NCBI GenBank assembly: GCA_037969075.1
Contig: JBBKWS010000066.1
Coordinates: forward strand, 1-12,719
DNA from: Bdellovibrionales bacterium
GTDB taxonomy: Bacteria > Bdellovibrionota > Bdellovibrionia > Bdellovibrionales > UBA840
Reading direction: 5' to 3'
Length of the DNA stretch: 12,719 nucleotides
In this document: positions 7,160 through 12,719 of the stretch, in pieces
How positions within the stretch are numbered: the stretch's first letter is position 1
Layout: the number at the start of each line of letters is the position of its first letter
Notes under the pieces: generated by a model
Database searches by the model: none
The model's input: only the letters and a program-made list of their open reading frames with translations
Told to the model about the DNA's origin: nothing
Position numbers and translations under genes: made by a program

Positions 7160-8695
7160 ATGCTTAAACTAATTTGGTTACTAGCTCTTGTCTCGTTTGT
7201 ATCATTGTTTGGTGCTAGATATGCATTAGGGCAATGGAATTCATTTTTATGGATTCCTCTTTGTCTTTTTGTTTTGAGTTTTATTATAGGCATCTACATG
7301 GACCGTAGTAGTTTGAAGAATGCATTTTTTGCCAAACATACTAAGTACGGCGTTAACACGATTACATTAGTATTAATTTTTCTTAGTTTTTTAGTTGGAA
7401 TAAATTTTTTAATTTTTAGATATAACCATACATTTGATTTTTCTAAAAATAAGACCTTAACCTTAAACTCTCAAACTAAACAGTATTTAAAAACCTTAGC
7501 AACAGATGTAGAAATCACCGCTTTTTATGTGGCTCAGGATCAAAATCGAAAAGAGTCTGTGTTACAGTTAGTAAAATTATTTCAAGAGCAGTCAAAATAT
7601 ATTCAGTTTGAGTTTAAGGATCCTAATTTATTCCCTGAGTTAGTAAAAGAAAATTCAATCAGTGAAAGTGGTTTAATTATTATTGATTACAAAGGAAGAC
7701 AGGTTAAGCTGCAGGACCAATTGCAGCCTTTTGAGGGCAGCCCTATAGGCTCTAGTGTAAAAGAAGAACAATTGATTAACTCTATTGTGAAGTTATCAAG
7801 AAATGAAAGTATTGAGCTGTGTTTTACTGAAGGGCATAAAGAGAAGTCTTTTGAGGCAACTGGTGCACTTGCTTTAGCTGAGTTTATGAACCATTTAGAG
7901 GATTTGTCGTATACAATTAAGACAGTTCGGCTTTTAGAAGAAGAAATTCCTGCGACCTGTAAAATGTTGAGTGTTTTGGGACCAGAGTTACCATTTGAAG
8001 AGGGCGAGTTAAATAAGCTAACAACTTTTATAAAAGAAGGTGGAGCACTGTTTTTGGCTATGGACCCTGGTCTTAGGCATAACATGGCCCGTGTTACAAA
8101 ATTATTAGATGTAAACTTCACTAATCTTTATGTTGTGGACTATGAGGGGCAGTTAACAGGATCAAATGCAGCTCTTACAGTTGGTAGAGATTATAATCCC
8201 CAGCATATCATTTCAAAATCTTTTAACAATACGATGTATTCGTTCTTTCCGGTAGCATCTTATTTTGAAATTGAGAATGTTAATAAGGATCTAAAGCCTA
8301 CAGAGTTATTTTACTCTAGTCGCCAAAGCTTTACGCAAGTTAAGTTAGGGGCGCAGCCGCAAATGGTTGAGGGCCGAGATAAGCTTGGGCCATTTACGGT
8401 AGCAGTGGCAGTAGAGGGCACCATACAAGGCGGCTTAAAACCAGCCAAGGCAGTGTTGGTAGCCGATTCTGATTTTTTAGTAGATCAGTTTTTTTCAAAA
8501 TACATCAATAAGGATATTGCTTTGAATATTATAAGTTATCTAACTGATGAAGCAGATTTGGTTTCTATACGTACTGATACATCTCCAGATTTACTGTTTT
8601 TAACGCAGACTAAGGCGAATGTTCTAGCTCTAGGATTTTTGCTTATGTCTGCTAGTTTATTGTTTGTGTCTATTGCTATGTGGATTCGAAGGTAG
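7160..8695 (+). CDS. GldG-family ABC auxiliary protein (GIFT/ABC_transp_aux domain)
   Basis: N-terminal TM helices, FDFSKNKTLTL, FTEGHKE, GGALFLAMDP, VADSDF, N..LNIISYL and a C-terminal TM ending WIRR. Confidence 0.88.
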   Translation: MLKLIWLLALVSFVSLFGARYALGQWNSFLWIPLCLFVLSFIIGIYMDRSSLKNAFFAKHTKYGVNTITLVLIFLSFLVGINFLIFRYNHTFDFSKNKTLTLNSQTKQYLKTLATDVEITAFYVAQDQNRKESVLQLVKLFQEQSKYIQFEFKDPNLFPELVKENSISESGLIIIDYKGRQVKLQDQLQPFEGSPIGSSVKEEQLINSIVKLSRNESIELCFTEGHKEKSFEATGALALAEFMNHLEDLSYTIKTVRLLEEEIPATCKMLSVLGPELPFEEGELNKLTTFIKEGGALFLAMDPGLRHNMARVTKLLDVNFTNLYVVDYEGQLTGSNAALTVGRDYNPQHIISKSFNNTMYSFFPVASYFEIENVNKDLKPTELFYSSRQSFTQVKLGAQPQMVEGRDKLGPFTVAVAVEGTIQGGLKPAKAVLVADSDFLVDQFFSKYINKDIALNIISYLTDEADLVSIRTDTSPDLLFLTQTKANVLALGFLLMSASLLFVSIAMWIRR

Positions 8696-8701
8696 GTACC
8701 G

Positions 8702-10045
8702 TTGAATCTTAAAAAGATACTATTACTGCTATCTATATTGTCGATCTTTGGGGCTTATATATATTATTTTGAAATATATAAGGAAGATCAAAAGACAGAG
8801 GCGACATTTCAATCAAGCCTGGTGGTTAAGCTACCGATGCTTGAGATTGATAAAATACACTTTGTGAATTCCTATGATCAATTTGACCTAGTGAAAAAAA
8901 ATGGTGAGTGGTACCTAGAATCGCCAGTAAAGGATTTCGCAGATAAATTTATTATTAATAAGCTGTTGGATTTTTTTTCCAAACAGAAGGTTCTGCAGGA
9001 TTTTACCAAAGATGTGACAGATGAATCTAAGTTTGGGTTTAATAAAAAAAACAATTGGATTCAAGTATCTGCTAAAAACGGACCTAGCATAAAAATATAC
9101 ATCTCTGAGACTGTAGGGATACAAGGGAATACATATTTAAAAGTAATTGAAGGCAAAACAAATTATTACTACCTGGCCTCACCAGAGTGGCGAGGAGAGT
9201 TTGACCGAACTGTACTTTATTATAGAGACAAGTTTATTTTTCATGAGGACATGAATCTTTTAACAAAGATTCAGAAATGGACTAAGGGTAAATTAATTTA
9301 CGAGGTCGAAGATAAGGGCAAAGAAAAAGATCAAGAGACTTGGTATTGGCAAGACACAAGATTAATTTTGATCGACAAAGAAATGATCTATAATATTATT
9401 GATGAGTTAGTGCAGGCCTCAGCAAGTGATTTTTTAGATTATAATGATTTAGATAAAAAAAGCCTTAAGCAGTTTGGTCTAATTGAACCATTGCCTAGCT
9501 TTAAACTATTTTTAAGCAGTGGTAAGGTCTTAGAGTTTAAGTATTCTATACCGAATAAACAAAAAACGTATTTGATTTATAACGATAGAGTGTATGAGCT
9601 ATTTAATAATGCCTTAAGTTTCTTTGATTGGCAGCTTGATGACTATAAAAACAGAGGTAAGCCTTTTGCGTTAGACATGGATAGCTTGACTGGCATAGCC
9701 TATAGTAAAGCTAAAGATTCTAAGCATTTTGAGAAAAAAGATAAAGTTTGGACGTCTAATTTTCCAGGAAACCGCTTTACTCGTATTTTGACAGAAATGC
9801 GAGCTAAAGAGTTTCTCCCAAATACATTGCCACCTGTTTTTGACTCAAGCCTAACATTTAGTTCTGATGAAGGAGAGCTTCTTAGGCTCTCCTGGTCTCG
9901 TGAAGGTATGAGCGGCTCAGAAATTCTCATGACATCTTCAAAAATCAATGAGACCTTTTTAGTAGAGGCAAAAGAGTGGGTTGCCCTGATGAAGATTCTT
10001 GAAGGAGATACAGCATGGGATTCGAAGGACGTAAAATCAAAATAA
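8702..10045 (+). CDS. DUF4340-like membrane-anchored periplasmic protein
   Basis: TTG start after AAGGTAGG, single N-terminal TM, repeated K..xxW...D...I..ll....FGL units. This is the usual position of DUF4340 genes after gldG-like genes. Confidence 0.75.
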   Translation: MNLKKILLLLSILSIFGAYIYYFEIYKEDQKTEATFQSSLVVKLPMLEIDKIHFVNSYDQFDLVKKNGEWYLESPVKDFADKFIINKLLDFFSKQKVLQDFTKDVTDESKFGFNKKNNWIQVSAKNGPSIKIYISETVGIQGNTYLKVIEGKTNYYYLASPEWRGEFDRTVLYYRDKFIFHEDMNLLTKIQKWTKGKLIYEVEDKGKEKDQETWYWQDTRLILIDKEMIYNIIDELVQASASDFLDYNDLDKKSLKQFGLIEPLPSFKLFLSSGKVLEFKYSIPNKQKTYLIYNDRVYELFNNALSFFDWQLDDYKNRGKPFALDMDSLTGIAYSKAKDSKHFEKKDKVWTSNFPGNRFTRILTEMRAKEFLPNTLPPVFDSSLTFSSDEGELLRLSWSREGMSGSEILMTSSKINETFLVEAKEWVALMKILEGDTAWDSKDVKSK

Positions 10046-11034
10046 AATCTCCAACTAGGGTCGACTTAGCTGGTGGTACTTTAGATTTATGGCCTATCTA
10101 TAGCTTTTTGGGCGGGGCTAGAACCATCAATGTAGCCATCGATATTTTCACTTATGCTGAGATTACTGAGTTAGAGGGAAGAGAGATTCGTATAGACGCA
10201 CCTGCCATTAAGTTAAGTAAGCGCTATTCATCGATTGATGAGGCGCTTGAAAAAAGAGACGAAGATATTTCCTTTATTTATCCTCATTTAGAGTTATGGC
10301 ATCCCAAAAAAGGGTTTCACCTATATTTTCATTCTGAAAGCCCGATTGGTGGAGGTTTGGGTGGAAGCTCGTCTCTTACGATTAGCTGCATTAAAGCTTT
10401 TTCGACCTTTTGCGAAAGGCTATTAAAGCCCGAAGATCTTATTTTACTGGCCTCAAATATCGAAGCAAATTTACTTAAAAAGCCGACAGGTACACAAGAT
10501 TATTATCCGCCGTTACACGGAGGACTTCTATCCCTGCATTATGGCTACAGTGGTTGTCAGGTAGAGGCATTGTCTGTAGATGTGTTTTCTACGATCGAAA
10601 AATATTTTTTATTAGTTTATACTGGTAGCCCACATCACTCTGGGTTTAATAATTGGCAAGTACTTAAGGCGTTTATTGATGGAGATAAAAAGACAATTGA
10701 TAATATATATGCCTTAAAGCATACATCTGAAAATCTATATAGCCTATTGCAAGAGAAGGCGTGGCAGGATTTGCCTAAAATTTTTAAAGAAGAATATAAA
10801 TATAGAACTTTGCTTTCTGACTCATTTACTAGTCCTGAGATCGAACGCCTAGAGGCTGTTGCTTTAAAAAATGGAGCCGATGCTGTTAAGATTTGTGGTG
10901 CTGGTGGCGGAGGCTGTGTGTTTGTCTGGGTATCTCCCGATAAGCGAGAGCAAGTCCGAACAAAATTAGAGAGTGAAAACTTTAAAGTCTTAAATGCAAA
11001 ACCCACAACTCAAGGATCATTTATTAATGAGTAG
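10015..11034 (+). CDS. GHMP-family sugar kinase (HddA/heptose-7-phosphate kinase-like)
   Basis: SPTRVDLAGGTLD, PIGGGLGGSSS, GTQDY and KICGAGGGG motifs. Strong SD GAAGGAG at 10001-10007. Overlaps the upstream gene by 31 nt. Confidence 0.88.
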   Translation: MGFEGRKIKIKSPTRVDLAGGTLDLWPIYSFLGGARTINVAIDIFTYAEITELEGREIRIDAPAIKLSKRYSSIDEALEKRDEDISFIYPHLELWHPKKGFHLYFHSESPIGGGLGGSSSLTISCIKAFSTFCERLLKPEDLILLASNIEANLLKKPTGTQDYYPPLHGGLLSLHYGYSGCQVEALSVDVFSTIEKYFLLVYTGSPHHSGFNNWQVLKAFIDGDKKTIDNIYALKHTSENLYSLLQEKAWQDLPKIFKEEYKYRTLLSDSFTSPEIERLEAVALKNGADAVKICGAGGGGCVFVWVSPDKREQVRTKLESENFKVLNAKPTTQGSFINE

Positions 11035-11839
11035 AGAAGAGAAGACTAAGAAATATTTTGGGATTTGTTTGTCTGGTGGCAAGAATGAAAAGACATTCTT
11101 TGCAAGAATTGATGAGTTTGATAAAGAAAAAAAGATCGTCTTAACATCGATCTTAAATGCTCCACAAGGCGATTATAATTCTTCTAATGATAAGTTACTA
11201 CTAACACACTTTTCTAAAATAAAAAATATTACGGCAGTTGGTGTTGATGTCGCTACAGATTTACCAAAATGTATTACCTGTAAGTTAAAATGTCCTGGGG
11301 TAGAGCGCTGTAAAGTAGAGTCAGTAAAGTATATGTGGGGCTTACATCGTGAAAAAGAGAAAAATAAACCAGTTTTTACCCCTTATACTGAGAGGGCTGT
11401 TGAGCATTATATCAATGCCATAGAGAAAGATGTTTTTTTGTCAGGAGCCCTTGGAGCAAACTTAGCGCCACTTACTGCGAGGGCAAAGTTTTTACAAAAG
11501 CATTTTAAAACTCCGTTTAAAGAAGTTTTTCCTAAGCTAACTTATCTTCGTTTAAGTCGTCACTTTGGTCTACCTAGACAGTTTTTGAATACTAAGCGTC
11601 ACTCTGAAGACGGGGATGAGGCAAGATGGCAATTTTTAAAACGACTCACAGAGACAAATTTTATCTTTATGTATAACCAAGATGTTCAGTTGATGGTTGA
11701 TAATCCATATGCATTTGATGCATTTATAGTAGCACTTAGCCTTATACTTGATACCCGTAAGCTCAATGAGCCAAGGCCCAAAGGATTTCCAAAGGCGGAT
11801 TCGTGGGTACTTTTTCCTAAAGAGCAGATTGAACTTTAG
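11027..11839 (+). CDS. DUF429-like RNase H-fold protein with Cys4 insertion
   Basis: YFGICLSGG (GIDL-like strand 1), VGVDVA, EVFP and FDAFIVA match the DUF429 pattern, with a CxxCxxxCxxxxxC insert. Start ATG11027 (AAGGA upstream, 8-nt overlap) preferred over ATG10994. Confidence 0.65.
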   Translation: MSREEKTKKYFGICLSGGKNEKTFFARIDEFDKEKKIVLTSILNAPQGDYNSSNDKLLLTHFSKIKNITAVGVDVATDLPKCITCKLKCPGVERCKVESVKYMWGLHREKEKNKPVFTPYTERAVEHYINAIEKDVFLSGALGANLAPLTARAKFLQKHFKTPFKEVFPKLTYLRLSRHFGLPRQFLNTKRHSEDGDEARWQFLKRLTETNFIFMYNQDVQLMVDNPYAFDAFIVALSLILDTRKLNEPRPKGFPKADSWVLFPKEQIEL

Positions 11840-11857
11840 GTAAGTATCAGTTAGACT
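11829..11857 (+). promoter_or_regulatory. Putative sigma70 promoter giving a leaderless phosphatase transcript
   Basis: TTGAAC(11829-11834)-17 nt-TAGACT(11852-11857)-7 nt-ATG11865, with no SD at normal spacing. Confidence 0.55.
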
Positions 11858-11864
11858 AAATAGA

Positions 11865-12719
11865 ATGTCTGACTGGAAGAAAAGAGCCCAAATTTTACAA
11901 GATGTCGTATTTTTTGAATACGTTGACTCTTCTTTAGCAAGAGAGGCGCCTCATGTGTTTGTATGGGATCTGGATAAAACCTATTTAGATACGCATTTCG
12001 AGAGTATTCGTGGTCTTTACCGCACCATCAAAGAGAAAGCATTTCAAAAACGAAATATCCCGGGAACTAGAACGTTAGTAAAAGCTCTGACGGTACGAGG
12101 GGATTCTTTTTTTCCAATTTATTTTGTTACCGCCTCTCCTCCGCAGATGGAACGTCGTATTCGTGAAAAACTAGAGTTAGATGGCATTAAGCCATTTGGT
12201 ATCTTTTGTAAGGATAATCTTAAAAATTTAAAGCCAGGTAGATTTAGACGACTTGGTCAGCAAGTTGGTTACAAGCTACAAGCCTTGATGCATCTAAGAG
12301 CTAGGCTTGGACAAGATTTAAAACAAGTTTTGTGGGGAGATGACAGTGAATCAGATGCCGTTATTTATTCACTGTATTCTGATATTTGCGCAAGACGTTT
12401 AGTGGATAGGCCGCTAGCTCACATACTATCTCATTTTAATGTTAGAGGTGAGCAGGTAGGTACTATTTTAGAACTTTTAAAGCAGATCCCACAGTCCGAC
12501 CCTGTAGAGAGAACCTATATAAACCTGGCTTCAGATACGGATCCTGATTACTATTCAAAGTTCGGCAGACGAACGCTAGCGACTTACAATGCTCTTCAAG
12601 GGGCCCTAGATTTATACCAAGAAAAGCACTTGAGTATAGAGCAGGTTGAGTTTGTGGCAATAGATTTAAAGCAAAACTATGGATTTACTCTAGAAGAGTT
12701 AGCGCAAAGTTTAGATGAT
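11865..12719 (+). CDS. HAD-superfamily phosphatase, App1/DUF2183 phosphatidate-phosphatase-like (3' truncated by window edge)
   Basis: Manual translation gives 285 open codons: MSDWKKRAQ..VFVWDLDKTYLDT (DxDxT)..IYFVTASPPQM..GYKLQAL..LWGDDSESDAVIY, covering HAD motifs I-IV. Absent from the ORF track because there is no stop in the window. Confidence 0.85.
   Translation, partial: MSDWKKRAQILQDVVFFEYVDSSLAREAPHVFVWDLDKTYLDTHFESIRGLYRTIKEKAFQKRNIPGTRTLVKALTVRGDSFFPIYFVTASPPQMERRIREKLELDGIKPFGIFCKDNLKNLKPGRFRRLGQQVGYKLQALMHLRARLGQDLKQVLWGDDSESDAVIYSLYSDICARRLVDRPLAHILSHFNVRGEQVGTILELLKQIPQSDPVERTYINLASDTDPDYYSKFGRRTLATYNALQGALDLYQEKHLSIEQVEFVAIDLKQNYGFTLEELAQSLDD

Noticed and set aside
10994..11026. 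Longer N-terminus for the DUF429-like gene
   Set aside because: ATG11027 has an AAGGA SD and only a short overlap with the kinase stop.
1..12719. CRISPR arrays, tRNA/rRNA, riboswitches (preQ1), IS elements, prophage genes
   Set aside because: Intergenic gaps are at most about 115 nt, and no repeat-spacer pattern, RNA gene signature, or transposase/integrase motif was seen.

Overview
AT-rich (roughly mid-30s % GC by eye), gene-dense bacterial chromosomal segment, almost entirely on the + strand. The gene content resembles Bdellovibrionota/deltaproteobacteria-like organisms (inference). Order: 3' end of secD, secF, recJ, queC, a DUF366-like protein, a small convergent hypothetical gene on the - strand, a divergent NFACT/RqcH-like protein, a GldA/GldF/GldG-like ABC system plus a DUF4340-like protein, an HddA-like GHMP kinase, a DUF429-like RNase H-fold protein with a Cys4 insert, and an App1-like HAD phosphatase that runs off the right end and is missing from the ORF track. 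No RNA genes, CRISPR arrays, mobile elements or long repeats were seen. The most notable observations are: (1) a variant queC coupled to a DUF366 gene with biotin/lipoate-ligase-like motifs, a candidate uncharacterised 7-deazaguanine pathway module; (2) four correctly spaced promoter motifs (three sigma70-like, one sigma28-like) lying 6-9 nt before start codons, suggesting recurrent leaderless mRNAs; (3) an RqcH-like protein that appears to lack the Ala-tailing motifs. All family assignments come from motif recognition, not database searches.
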